Positions 41,860 to 52,584 of a stretch of DNA of 64,000 bases are shown here, one piece after another (position 1 is the stretch's first letter; each line of letters begins with the position of its first letter). This DNA is from an uncultured Nitrososphaerota archaeon (GTDB taxonomy: Archaea; Thermoproteota; Nitrososphaeria; Conexivisphaerales; DTJL01): NCBI GenBank assembly GCA_963842885.1, contig CAWJIE010000003.1:32001-96000 (forward strand). Reading direction: 5' to 3'. The position numbers and the translations under genes are program-made. The notes under the pieces were generated by a model. It was given only the letters and a program-made list of their open reading frames with translations, was not told the origin of the DNA and searched no databases.

Positions 41860-42837
41860 TTGAACAGAACCTTGATAGTCGAGCTGGAGTCTCTCAGGAA
41901 GAAGTTCGGGGACCTTGTGGCCGTGGACGGCGCCACCTTCTCCATAAACGAAGGTGAAGTCTTCGGCCTCCTGGGGCCCAACGGGGCGGGGAAGACGACG
42001 ATTCTTCATATGCTGGCCACGCTGCTCAGGCCCACGGGTGGCAAGGCTAGGGTCAACGGCTACGACGTCGTCAGGGAGCCCGCGAAGGTCAGGAAGAGCA
42101 TCGGCATGGTCTTCCAGGAGCCCAGCTCCGACGACCTCCTGACGGGCTACGAGAACCTGAAGCTCCACGCCCTCCTCTACGGGGTCCCCCGAGGCATCAG
42201 AGAGAAGCGGATCAAGGAGGTCTTGGACCTCGTCGACCTGTGGGACAGGAGGGGGGACCTCGTCAAGCACTACTCCGGAGGGATGAGGAGGCGGCTCGAG
42301 ATCGCCCGGGGCCTCCTTCACAACCCGAAGGTCCTCTTCCTGGACGAGCCGACGCTGGGGCTGGACCCGCAGACGAGGGAGCACATCTGGCACTACATCG
42401 AGGGGCTGGTCGCCGAGCATAAGATCTCCATCATCATCACGACCCATTACATGGAGGAGGCGGACAGGCTCTGCGACAGGATAGCCATAGTGGACCACGG
42501 GAGGTTGGTCGTCCTGGACACCCCCGAGAACCTGAAGCAGGAGCTCGGGGGAGACATCGTGAAGCTGGAGATCAGGGAGCCCAACCTGAAGGCGGTCGAG
42601 TCGCTTCCCTATGTGAAGAAGGTGGAGGTGAAGGGTTCCGCCGTCTTCCTGACGGTGACGGACGCGGGCGCCCACATCCAGGAGATACTGTCTCTCGTCG
42701 GCAAGGTGAACACGGCGGAGCTGCGCCCTCCCTCTCTGGACGACGTCTTCATGCACTACACCGGGCGCGAATACAAGGAGCAGGGAGAGGAGGGGGGCTT
42801 CTGGGAGAGGGCCATGACGGCCAGTGAGAGACGATGA
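41860..42837 (+). CDS. ABC transporter ATP-binding protein (DrrA-like)
   Basis: GPNGAGKTT, YSGGMRRRLEIA, FLDEPT, TTHYMEEA. Confidence 0.95.
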   Translation: MNRTLIVELESLRKKFGDLVAVDGATFSINEGEVFGLLGPNGAGKTTILHMLATLLRPTGGKARVNGYDVVREPAKVRKSIGMVFQEPSSDDLLTGYENLKLHALLYGVPRGIREKRIKEVLDLVDLWDRRGDLVKHYSGGMRRRLEIARGLLHNPKVLFLDEPTLGLDPQTREHIWHYIEGLVAEHKISIIITTHYMEEADRLCDRIAIVDHGRLVVLDTPENLKQELGGDIVKLEIREPNLKAVESLPYVKKVEVKGSAVFLTVTDAGAHIQEILSLVGKVNTAELRPPSLDDVFMHYTGREYKEQGEEGGFWERAMTASERR

Positions 42838-43580
42838 GCGAGCTCTCGGGCTTCTACGCCCTCTGGCAGAGGGAGCTGAAGATTTACCTGAGGGAGCGCT
42901 CGAGGATAGTCTCCTCCGCCATCAACCCCCTTCTCTGGCTCTTCGTCTTCGGGGCTGGGCTGGGCTCTTCGGTGAGCCTGGGGGAGGCCAACTACCAGAC
43001 CTTCATCTACCCGGGGATAATCGTGATGACGGTCATCTTCTCCTCCATCTTCTACGGCGCCTACGTCGTATGGGACAAGAGGCTCGACTTCCTGAAGGAG
43101 GTCCTCGTGGCCCCCATAGGGAGGAGCACGGCCTTCCTCGGCAAGGTGATGGGCGGGACGACGGACGGCGTCATACAGGCCACTATAATGCTCATTCTTG
43201 CGCCCATCTTCGGCGTGAAGGCGGGGCTCACATTCGCACTCGTATACCTGTTCCTCTTCGTCCTGGTCGTGGGGCTTGTGAGCGTCGGGCTCATCATCGG
43301 CTCCATGATGGAGTCCCCTGAGGGCTTCGGCCTGCTGAGCAGCTTTGTCACTTTCCCACTCTTCTTCCTTTCCGGAGCCCTGTTCCCGCTTACGAACCTG
43401 CCCCCCTGGCTTTCGGCCTTCACCAAGTTGAATCCAGTGACCTACGGCGTGGACGCCATCCGCGGGCTGATGCTGGGAACCTATGCCTTCGGGCTCCCGA
43501 CGGACTTTGCGGTGCTGGCCGGGTTCGCGCTGGCCATGATAGCCCTGGGGACCCTAGCCTTCAGAAGGATGAAGTTGTGA
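42834..43580 (+). CDS. ABC-2 type transporter permease
   Basis: Six TMs, EVLVAPIGR, FLSGALFP, NPVTYGVDAIRGL. ATGA overlap with the ATPase. Confidence 0.93.
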   Translation: MSELSGFYALWQRELKIYLRERSRIVSSAINPLLWLFVFGAGLGSSVSLGEANYQTFIYPGIIVMTVIFSSIFYGAYVVWDKRLDFLKEVLVAPIGRSTAFLGKVMGGTTDGVIQATIMLILAPIFGVKAGLTFALVYLFLFVLVVGLVSVGLIIGSMMESPEGFGLLSSFVTFPLFFLSGALFPLTNLPPWLSAFTKLNPVTYGVDAIRGLMLGTYAFGLPTDFAVLAGFALAMIALGTLAFRRMKL

Positions 43581-43986
43581 GAGCCCTCTGGCTTCGCACT
43601 GGAAAGGCCCCACCCCGACGGAGGTCATCTGCACGAGACCCGCTCGCCCCGGGCCGTTTCCTGCCTGTATGGGGGCTCATCTTCCCGCCCCCGAACAAGG
43701 CCGACGAACCGACCAGCAGACGCACATGCGACGTCAGCAATTTGTGACAGGGCGGACCTGACGCTACTGTGGTTAGGAGCGCCCACGGCGTCAAAGAGAG
43801 CACCTCCATGCTGGTGGGTGGCGCAGGATAGCCGCTGCCGGCGGAGGACCAGACGTGACACATCCTGTGTGCTTTGCAATATTCCACGGCAGATCATAAA
43901 CCTTATTAAGGTATTATCTCGATAGTTAAGAGGCTCCGATAAAACAGGTCCGATTCTAGTGATTCTGGAGAGGGGGAGCGTCAGGA

Positions 43987-44421
43987 TTGCAGAGGAAACA
44001 ACACAAAGAATGGCCTGAACTGGTAGGCCCGCCTGACCCTCAGGTGGGCGCCGTCGGTGTCGTCAAGCTTCTGGACGTTCAGGTCGACGGCATCACCTCC
44101 CCTAGGCTGCGCCACGTAATCAAGAGGTACCTGAGGAGGACGGGGTTCCGTGACCTGGTCGTTGAGCACCTGCCCGGCGAGGACTACACGAGCCTTCGAC
44201 TTGTTGCGCGAGGTCGTCCCGTCCTGCCCCTCAGCTCGGAGCAGCTCGAAAGGATCTTCTACCTCTACGACTCCGTCCTTTACCTCCTGGTCGGCAGGGC
44301 TATGGGGCCGCTTCCCCTTACGACGGCGGCGGACGCGGAGTCCCTGAGGCTTCTGCTGGCCAAGGAGGACCCAGACCTGCGCAAGGCATACTACGGGCAA
44401 TCTCCCGCGCCACAACTCTGA
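43987..44421 (+). CDS. Unknown protein, paralog of 45866-46309
   Basis: Shares LD(V/I)xVDxxxSPxxRHVIKRYL(R/K)RxGF, FYL(Y/F)D and ADAExLRxxLAKxxPxLRxxY with the second copy. Confidence 0.75.
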   Translation: MQRKQHKEWPELVGPPDPQVGAVGVVKLLDVQVDGITSPRLRHVIKRYLRRTGFRDLVVEHLPGEDYTSLRLVARGRPVLPLSSEQLERIFYLYDSVLYLLVGRAMGPLPLTTAADAESLRLLLAKEDPDLRKAYYGQSPAPQL

Positions 44422-44428
44422 AGCGATT

Positions 44429-44635
44429 TCACCTATTGGATGCCCTTTTCCTGGCTTTCATAAGAGGAGCGAAATAGGCCCCGAACGTCTTGCCATACTT
44501 CGCCTTGAAGCATCCATCGAAATACTCCCTGTCCTCCTTCTTGGAGTGCCTGTAGAAGTCCAAGACCTTCACGAACCTTTCGGCAGTATCGCAGTACCTC
44601 TCCATCACGTACTTGTACTCTGGAGTAATCCCCAT
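44429..44635 (-). CDS. Small hypothetical protein (68 aa)
   Basis: ATG start, coding-like codon usage, aromatic/charged helical sequence. Confidence 0.6.
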   Translation of the reverse strand: MGITPEYKYVMERYCDTAERFVKVLDFYRHSKKEDREYFDGCFKAKYGKTFGAYFAPLMKARKRASNR

Positions 44636-44869
44636 TCTATCTGATATTACACGGAAGTGGCTTTTTATCCTTGGGGTCCTCCCACCGCGCCTGAATCGAC
44701 GCCATGTCTAGCCCTGACGGCGTGATCCTTTGGGACTCCTACCCTCCTTTTCCCCGACGCAGGTGAGACCTTCAGACAGGAGTCAATGGGCGGCTGGAGG
44801 ACTAGAATGACCGGGCTGAACTCAAGGATTCCCCATCGGTCAGATATCTACCCTATCATGTTCGTGGAG

Positions 44870-45631
44870 CTAAAGCTTTGCGTATGCCTCTACGATGTCG
44901 CGGGCCGTGACGATCCCGACGATCTTGCCGTCCCTCGTCAGGGGGAGCCTCTTGATCTTGTTCTTCTTCATCAGGGTCACAGCCTCCTCCATGGAGGACT
45001 TCAGAGGGGCAGTTATGACGGGCTTGCTACGGTGCTTGCCCACCGGACCTCTGATGTCGGGTGACTTGGCCGTGAGCACCGGGATAAGGTCCCTCTCGGT
45101 GAAGATGCCGTAGCGCCTTTGACGGCGTGTAATCAGTACGCTGCCAATCCTCTTCTCCCTCATCAGCCGCATTACGTCCTGAAGGGGCGTGTCGTAGTTC
45201 ACCCTCTCCACCTCCCCGGTCATGGTCGAGGTGAGCTTGGGCTGCGCACCCCGCGTGAAGGGGAGGCTGTAGGCGAGGTCACTGGCCGTCAGCACGCCGG
45301 CTTTCTTCGTCGATACAAGGAGCAACTTGGCCTTCTCTGACAGCATCAACTTGGCGGCCCCCCGGATCCCTGTCCTGGGCGATATGGTGAAGGAATGAGA
45401 CGAAGCCATGGAGCCGGCGGACGCGGTCCTCAGTTGGTCCATCCTCTCAGGGACGATTCCTAGAACATCCCGCTCGGAGAGAAGGTTGACGTATTCCCCC
45501 TGTCTCTTGATGACCAGATGTCCCACGCGGTGCTGAAGCATGCATTTCAGGGCCTCGAGGATGGGCGTATCGTAGTCGACAGCAACCGGGTGCTTTGTCA
45601 TTACGTCCCGAACTGTCTGGAGCTTTGCCAA
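44870..45631 (-). CDS. Four-CBS-domain protein
   Basis: VRDVMTKHP, VGHLVI, GVLTASDL, IGSVLI, GIFTERDL, KIKRLPL, GIVTARDI. Probable TTG start at 45631. Confidence 0.88.
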   Translation of the reverse strand: MAKLQTVRDVMTKHPVAVDYDTPILEALKCMLQHRVGHLVIKRQGEYVNLLSERDVLGIVPERMDQLRTASAGSMASSHSFTISPRTGIRGAAKLMLSEKAKLLLVSTKKAGVLTASDLAYSLPFTRGAQPKLTSTMTGEVERVNYDTPLQDVMRLMREKRIGSVLITRRQRRYGIFTERDLIPVLTAKSPDIRGPVGKHRSKPVITAPLKSSMEEAVTLMKKNKIKRLPLTRDGKIVGIVTARDIVEAYAKL

Positions 45632-45865
45632 ACCATGTATGGAAGGGGTCCCGTCTCTAATAACGCTTAAGGGCCTTGGCCTCGAGCCTGGCCAGAGAAC
45701 ATCCTCTTCCCTTGACTTGTGGCTCCGTCCCGTATTTCCGTAGTCAGAGCGACGTGGCGCTGACGTTCGCTGGAGCCTGGGAGAGTTATCAAGGGGCGGC
45801 GCAAGGAACAGGAACGCGGCGTGGTTGAAGGCATCCACTGCGGGCTGCAGCCAGCGAAGGGTCGT

Positions 45866-46309
45866 TCAGGCCTTGGTGTGATAGACCGCTCTCAGGCGCG
45901 GCTCCACCTTAGCGAGCTCTGTCCTCAGGAGCTCAGCGTCGGCGTGAGACGGAGGGGGAGGGGCCCGCGTTCCCCCGCCGTTCATGACGAAGGATACGCG
46001 ATCGAAAAGGTAGAAAAGCTTGACCATCTGGTCGGACCCAAGCGGCTCGCCGACGCTCCCTTCCACCTGCAGCCTCATGGAGAACGGGTCCATGTCCGCC
46101 GCGTGGTGCGCCTTCAAGTTATGGAAGCCCACCCTCTTCAGGTACCTCTTTATCACGTGGCGGAACGAGGGGGAAACCATCGCGTCGACCCGGATGTCTA
46201 GGATCCTAACCCGTCCACTTACGCCCACGGATGGTTCCGCCGGAACGAGGCTGACGGCGGGGGCAAAGCTCTTCTGCATCAAATCCCAACGATTCTGGGT
46301 GGCCTGCAC
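45866..46309 (-). CDS. Unknown protein, paralog of 43987-44421 (likely start ATG 46279)
   Basis: Same shared motifs as the first copy; preceded by the 32-bp promoter motif. Confidence 0.75.
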   Translation of the reverse strand: MQATQNRWDLMQKSFAPAVSLVPAEPSVGVSGRVRILDIRVDAMVSPSFRHVIKRYLKRVGFHNLKAHHAADMDPFSMRLQVEGSVGEPLGSDQMVKLFYLFDRVSFVMNGGGTRAPPPPSHADAELLRTELAKVEPRLRAVYHTKA

Positions 46310-46314
46310 AGTGC

Positions 46315-46346
46315 ATATAACGGATTTCCGGAAAGGTACCCAAATC
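46315..46346 (-). promoter_or_regulatory. 32-bp operator+BRE/TATA motif, copy A
   Basis: Reverse complement GATTTGGGTACCTTTCCGGAAATCCGTTATAT. Adjacent inverted repeat TCGCTAA-cgc-TTAGCGA 46349-46365. Confidence 0.75.
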
Positions 46347-46897
46347 TATCGCTAACGCTTAGCGAATGACCTAACCCCGGGGAGCCAACACCTGGGACGG
46401 CCCGGACGGTGCGGAGATGCATCAAGGGTTGCGCTAGCCACTCAGCTTGTCTCGAACCTTCTTCAGTGACTCTATGACTTCCTGCTCCGCAATGCTGAAG
46501 AACGTTAGGGGCAGCGACATGGAAATCCCTCGCGCTGCAAGCCGGACGATGATCGTTCCTTTAGAGACGGGAACCCCAACCTAAGAGAAGAGGATAGCAA
46601 GTAGGACGAGGACCAAGAACATGCAGAACAGAAAGATCGCCAGGGCCTTGTACAGATTCAAGAGACAGCGTCACTCCGCCTCACACTCTTCTTCGCCCCT
46701 GCCGTCCGTTCGTCTGGCTTCAATTTGCATGCGCCGCCTCTATGAGGGTTCAAGCATTACAAGAGTTTTCCATCCGTGATCGTCCCGCAACGCCAAATCG
46801 AAGCTTCGCAGGACATCTCGAATTGGCCCTTGCTGGCACGGGTCAACTGCTCACGCTGGGGGTCAGGTGCGGATTAAGCTCGTAGGAACGGGGCCCA

Positions 46898-47272
46898 CTA
46901 TGAGAAGAGGCCTCCCAGGTAGATGGGCGCCGTGAATTCTATCCCTATCACCATGCAGACCAGCCCCGCGATGATGATATACAGTCCCTTGTTTCCTTCC
47001 TCTCTCTTCCAGACCATCGCCCCCAAGATGACGGCGACAGAGCCGAAGATCTCAGGCACAATAAAGAGACTAAGGAAAGCACTCACTATTCCGAAGGCCG
47101 CATACCTGCTCGGCACGACCGCTTGAGAAATGCGGGGTGAAGGAGAAGAGTACGGCATGGGCTGAGGGCTAGGCGAGGCGAAAGGCTGCTGAGGCTGAAG
47201 CGTGGCGCCGCACCTACTGCAGAAGGTGGCCTGTGAAGACACCAGCTCGCCGCAGCTTGGACAGGTAGGCAT
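46898..47272 (-). CDS. Zinc-ribbon plus 2-TM membrane protein
   Basis: CPSCG...CSRCG, Pro/Ser linker, two TMs. Confidence 0.8.
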   Translation of the reverse strand: MPTCPSCGELVSSQATFCSRCGATLQPQQPFASPSPQPMPYSSPSPRISQAVVPSRYAAFGIVSAFLSLFIVPEIFGSVAVILGAMVWKREEGNKGLYIIIAGLVCMVIGIEFTAPIYLGGLFS

Positions 47273-47865
47273 GGTTCGACCGGCCTAGCCGAAATCCCTC
47301 CGTCTTTTACGTCTTTCTCCGCATGGGCGAGGCATCAATCCGAGGGCATCGCGCATTGGGAGACCTCGACCCATATTCGTTGGCGTCTTCTATCTAGGTC
47401 CATCTTGCCGTCTTTGTCCTAATCTCTTTGACCAGGCGATGCCCCGGCTTTTTCGCCCTGACCACTGTCTCCTCCCTCATTGTAAGCGGTTCCGCCACCC
47501 TGGGCGCTGTCCTTACCTTGACCCCTGCCCCGTTTAAGATGCGGTGGCCCTAATGGTCGTCTGGATCGCTCTGATGCTCCTGAGCATCCACCATATGTCC
47601 AGGATAGGAAGACCACGCGCAGGGGCGGGGCCGCCAGGGCCTGACTAGGCGAGCCACCGGCAGAGACCCATCGTCCCACGGTCCGATCTCCATGAGGTCG
47701 GTTCCTCGGCAAGGTGTGTCATGACCACTGGGCTCAGCCGCCGTTCAAGAAGGACAGCGGGGGGCCAAAACGCCCTCGGGTAGGATGAATCAACCTGATC
47801 TGATTTCCCTCCAGGACCAATGACTCTGGACCGTTCAATCTTACCTGCGTGGGCGTCACGATTTC

Positions 47866-48508
47866 CTACGAAGTGACCGCGAAGTGGAGGAGCGTGAGCC
47901 CTCCCCATTCGTCACCGCCGACCAGCGTGTAGAACCCTGGTGCGAAGCTCCTGAAACCCAGGAGGCCGTACTCCCCCGAGAACGTCATCGAGGCGGACAT
48001 GTTCTCAGAGAAGCAGGCCGAGGGCGAGCACGACCCCATCACCGTCGCGTACGCTGCTGGACGGCGAGAAGACGTAGCTCTGTATGGGCATCAGGATCAT
48101 GGGGCAGGCGTACGTCCCCGGCGCATAGAGCTGCAGAGACTCACCGTTCTTCACCTGATCGAGGGTGAGGTTCCCCCTCATTATCACGAAGCCCATAGGG
48201 TAGTTCAGCGAGCCGCATGGCCCCACGCCCATCCCTTGGACGGCCCAGTTCCCCGAGTAGGGGGCGTCCGCCTCGGAGGCCGACGGATTGTACACCCAGA
48301 CGGTGACCGAAACGGACTGCCCTGAGGTATGGAGGTGGCGTTCAAGGACAGGTGCAGCTCCAGGCCGGAGGTCGTCAGGGTGACGCTCGACGTAGACAGA
48401 AAGCTCGATCCCGTCCCGGGTGAGACCGGCGCCAATAAGAAGAGAGCCACCAGAGTCGCGACTACTCCCGCCGTCGCCAACCCATGCGCGACCAAGTCGT
48501 TTGCGCAT
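47866..48508 (-). CDS. Secreted/anchored Cys-containing protein ending in GDEWG (about three frameshifts)
   Basis: Stitched reading: TM, GLELHLSLNATSI, GPCGSLNYPMGFVIMRGN, YACPMI, FAPGFYTLVGGDEWGGLTLLHFAVTS. Confidence 0.65.
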
Positions 48509-48822
48509 CTATCCCCTCCTTCACTTCCTCCCTACCCTCAAGCCTATTCAGACTAACGTTTAGTACAATCTGTTCAAGTCATATCCGAGGAGTGCAGGTT
48601 GACGCTGACCTTGAAACCCATCCCGTTAGCCTGCAGTTCGATGTCATCGATTGGAAACCGAAGACCCCCTGAGAATGCCGTGCCGAGGAGACGGCCGTGC
48701 AAAGGGCGCGAGCATAGCCGGATGAGGGATGCGGCAGTGTTGTTCTCGCGATGGATGCCTTTCCGTGTTCACGTCGAAGCAAGTTAAATAGGCGAAACTG
48801 CTGGTCCGTCAGCGGCAAGGGA

Positions 48823-49392
48823 ATGGGCGAAGTCCTCAAGATCGAAGGCGGGCGTTGGACGGATTTCTGGTTTACCGACAAGGACGTCCTGCAGATCACT
48901 GTCGCCCCCTCTTCCTACGTCTACGTCTACAACGGCGGCCTTCGTCGCGGTGGCCATCCTGTTGGCCAGGGACTGAACCCGACATTCGTTAACGGAATCA
49001 TAGTGGCAGCGGCCGGCGGCGCCGTCGCCGCCGCGCTCGGCGGCATATTCGGCTCTCTCCTGGCCAACCGCTCTGCCAGTCAGGAGGAGAAGGGAGATCC
49101 TCTCTCTCACATCGGATCAGCTCCGTGCCAAAAGAAGATGGCGATCTAGCGTTCCCTGGAAGGAGATCGAGTCGGTGAAGCTGAGCGGGAAGACGATGAC
49201 GCTCTGCACGGCAAGGTTCAGATGAGGATACTGCTTCCGCCCAAGGCCGTCGTGCCTGCGAGAGAATACGTGTCAGGGAAGCTCGCCGGCAGGCTGGTCA
49301 TCGAACAGAGCGGAACCTCTTCCATGACCAGGCCGAAACTGCCTTCGTCTGGCCGGGGAGACCCAGATCGAATAACCTGGAAGCTGCGGTAG
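48823..49392 (+). CDS. Hypothetical membrane protein with PH-like tail (frameshifted)
   Basis: TATA gttaaata then ATG 48823. Gly-rich TM; a downstream frame reads VPWKEIESVKLSGK. Confidence 0.45.
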
Positions 49393-49440
49393 TCATACTT
49401 GAATAATACCCTCCTCCCTTTATGAATACGATTATAGCCT

Positions 49441-49459
49441 AGTGGTGCGATCCACCACT
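49441..49459. promoter_or_regulatory. Inverted repeat between the TATA box and start of the MetE-like gene
   Basis: AGTGGTG-cgatc-CACCACT ends 1 nt before ATG 49461. Confidence 0.4.
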
Positions 49460-49460
49460 T

Positions 49461-50609
49461 ATGCCAATTCAGACGACGATGACCGGGAGCTGGTTCAGGA
49501 GCCCCGAGATACTGGACCTGGTCCGGCCGGACAACTTGCCCCACGGGTGAGATCTCCGAGGAGCATGCTCTCCGTGGTCGAAGCGGCCGAGAGGGAGGCC
49601 GTCCGCGCCCAGGTGGGCCAGGGCCTGACCTGGGTGAGCAACGGCGAGCAGAGGAAGGCCGGCTACACCTACTACATCCCCAACAGGTTCAGCGGCTTCT
49701 CCAAGACGGAGCGGGCCTCCATGCAGCCCCAGCCCACCCTTATCCAGGAGTTCACGAGTCGAACCCAGCTCTAGCCCACGTCATGTCGGAGATGGGCTCC
49801 TTCTCCCTCCCCAAGATCGAAAGCAGGCTGGTATATACTGGAGAGAGGCTGGCGAGAAGGGAGGCCGAGGACGCTCGACGGCTGGCCCGGGAGGAGGGCG
49901 CGAAGAGGGTCTTCGTCTGCGCCGCCTCGCCTGGCGTCGTCACCGTCTTCTTCCCGAAGGGCGACGCCTACGGGACCCACTACGACTACCTCTTCGACGT
50001 CGCGAAGGAGCTCCGCAAGGAGTACCAGGCGATCCTCGCGGTGGACGGCGTGGACATCCAGCTCGATGCCCCCGACCTCGCCATGGGCAAGCAGACGGCC
50101 ACCTGGGGGGTGGACTTCTACGAAGCGGTCCGCCACCACGTCGACGCCATTAACGAGGCGGTGGCTGGCCTGCCAAGCGAGAGGATAAGGGTGCACTACT
50201 GCTACGGCAACTGGGTCGGGTCTCACAGGTTCGACGCCGACTTCCGGAGGATCCTCCCCGAGCTCCTCCGCCTTAACGCCGGGACGCTGGTGGGCGAGAT
50301 GGCCAACCCCAGGCACGAGAGGGGACGCCCTCATCCTGCGCGGACTACCTGAAGGAGCACGACTGGCCTCGAGGGATGAAGCTGGCGGCAGGGGTCATAG
50401 ACGTCAAGACGCCCATCGTCGAGACCCCCGAGACGGTCGCCATGAGGCTCGCGTTCCTGGCCTCCATGGACAAGCTGGGGCCGGAGAGGGTCCTCGGTGG
50501 GACGGACTGCGGATTCGAGACGTTCGCCGGGATGGGAAACGTCCCCAAAGTCGTCGGCCTTCAGAAGCTGAAGTCCCTTTCGGAGGGGGCGGCCGAGGCT
50601 TCGGGATGA
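49461..50609 (+). CDS. Cobalamin-independent methionine synthase II family protein (MetE C-terminal-like; several frameshifts)
   Basis: TTMTGSW, SNGEQRK, QLDAPDLA, Zn ligands HYCYGN and TDCGF, ANPRHE, GVIDVKTPIVETPE. Confidence 0.85.
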
Positions 50610-51017
50610 TGCCTCGCAGGGCGGTTCCAGCTTCACCAAAAACGCAGGCTGGGCAAGGCCGTCTTGTGCTTTCGAACTGTGGGCTATGAGGTCTCTTACT
50701 GTCCTTCTTCGATGCGCCGTGTGAAGAGTATGATAGGGAGATTCGACGACGCCGTCGTGCTGTCATATGCCTGGAACTTCCTCGACGATGCAGGGTAGGG
50801 TCTGCGCCGTGACAGGGCAGCTTGAGCCCCGATTTGCCTCCTAGGGTGGCAGGCGCCTCCGGCCAGGCGCCGACAGGAAGAAGGCTCATCTCTTAGCGCG
50901 ACTTCTGTCTGCTCTTTGATTGCCCGTCCGCATAGGCTGCACCAGCAGTGTGGGACGGAGAATGTTCTTATGAGGCCAGGTCCCCATACGATTGGAGAGA
51001 AAGGAGGAGGATGTAAG

Positions 51018-51413
51018 ATGACAGGCTATTTCGGGTCGATCGAGAAGCAGACGCTGAAGAACAGATATTTCAGGCAGGTCTTATTCACGGGGAAGCACGC
51101 GCAGCTGGTCGTGATGTGCCTAAAGGCAGGGGAGGAGATAGGAAACGAAGTGCACCCGAACGTTGACCAGTTCTTCCGGATAGAGACGGGAGAATTCAAG
51201 TTCGTCCTCAACAACGGCAAGGAGACTCACGTCGCGAAGGACGGGGATGCGGTGATCGTGCCGGCCGGGATTTGGCACAACGTAATCAACATGTCGAAGG
51301 GGGAGTCGAAGCTCTACACGGTCTACTCCCCCCCGAACCATCCGGACGGAACCGTCCACAAGACCAAGGCGGAAGCGGAGAAGGCTGAAGAGGAAGAGCA
51401 TAAAGCTAGTTGA
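51018..51413 (+). CDS. Cupin domain protein
   Basis: NRYFRQVLFTGKHAQLVVMCL..GEEIGNEVH..DQFFRIE, VPAGIWHNVIN, KLYTVYSPPNH. SD AAGGAGGAGG. Confidence 0.9.
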   Translation: MTGYFGSIEKQTLKNRYFRQVLFTGKHAQLVVMCLKAGEEIGNEVHPNVDQFFRIETGEFKFVLNNGKETHVAKDGDAVIVPAGIWHNVINMSKGESKLYTVYSPPNHPDGTVHKTKAEAEKAEEEEHKAS

Positions 51414-51626
51414 GGCAAACGATAGATATCATACGCAACCATAGGCCTGCAAACCCCAATTCCAACGGGCCTTGGACATCTATTGAAGGAAGGAATCACC
51501 ATATCATCAGCTTAAATGGTCGGGTGACGCTGGACAGTCCTCTGTTGTCGTCTGAAGATAGACAGCTAAGACGGCGGCGACTCATCGCAGGCCTCAGGTC
51601 GTCGGAGAAGACGGCGGATGCCGACT

Positions 51627-52337
51627 TCAACGCGTAAGGCTCAGAAGTAGCTTGATCTTGCCGAAGATTGGCTCGACCGGGACGTTGACCTCCACGGTCC
51701 CCAGCGTGGGGACGCCTGTGCTGCCTCCTATGGAGGCTCCGGCCAACGAGCACGCCCACCCTCCCTCCGTCAGCGTCCTCGGGTCGACATCGGAGCGCGC
51801 TGCGACCAGGTAACAGTGTCTTCCCTTCTTGAGCATCTCCTCTCTCTTCTTCCTCTCCTCTTGGAACCTCTCCTGGCTCAGGTCCAGGAGCACCGTCAGC
51901 TCCCCCAAAATGTTCCGGCCACGCTTCAGGGGGAGCGAGTTCCACATCGCGCGGTCGGCTCCCTTCCCTCTTCGCGTCAGATTCAGCTTCTTGAGGCTGT
52001 CCCCCTCAGTGAGGAGCTGAAGCGTCTCGGCGACCAGCCCTACGAAGTACATCTCCGCGGCCGAGTTCATAACCAGCCTGGCTACCTCGTTCTTGCTTTC
52101 GCTCCCGGCGCACTCGCGCAGCCTGAGGAGCATGGAGCGGGTCAGGAGAGAGTTGGACTCGACCACCTCCCACTTCTCTAGGAAGATGGCGTTGAGGGAG
52201 CGCCGCGCCGCCGTGGCGCCCATGTCTCCGCCCGTCCCCTGCATCTCTATCTGGCAGAGCTCGCTCACTTCCTTCTCGAGCGCAATCCTCTCCAGTACCT
52301 TGGGTGAGCTGCCTGCGACAGTCCTCCGGGACATCAT
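51627..52337 (-). CDS. Hypothetical protein (236 aa)
   Basis: Long ORF with coding-like codon usage and upstream cttaag TATA; no family recognised. Confidence 0.65.
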   Translation of the reverse strand: MMSRRTVAGSSPKVLERIALEKEVSELCQIEMQGTGGDMGATAARRSLNAIFLEKWEVVESNSLLTRSMLLRLRECAGSESKNEVARLVMNSAAEMYFVGLVAETLQLLTEGDSLKKLNLTRRGKGADRAMWNSLPLKRGRNILGELTVLLDLSQERFQEERKKREEMLKKGRHCYLVAARSDVDPRTLTEGGWACSLAGASIGGSTGVPTLGTVEVNVPVEPIFGKIKLLLSLTR

Positions 52338-52584
52338 GCAGAACGGAGGTTACGGCGGACTTAAGGCGAAAGCCCATCAGGAATTGACTCAGCAGTCAAC
52401 TGGCCGCCGCCCGAGTGGCCATGCCTTTGATCAGAGAGGTCAGGCAGGGACAAGAGACATGTCCAGCTAACCGTTGCACGGGCCACTATGAGAGAGGGTG
52501 GCAGGAGAAGGCAAGGCCCACAGGAGTCAAGGCGAATAGCGGCGACAAGCATTTCAAGGCCGCCGACAAGACGGTCATGATCAA

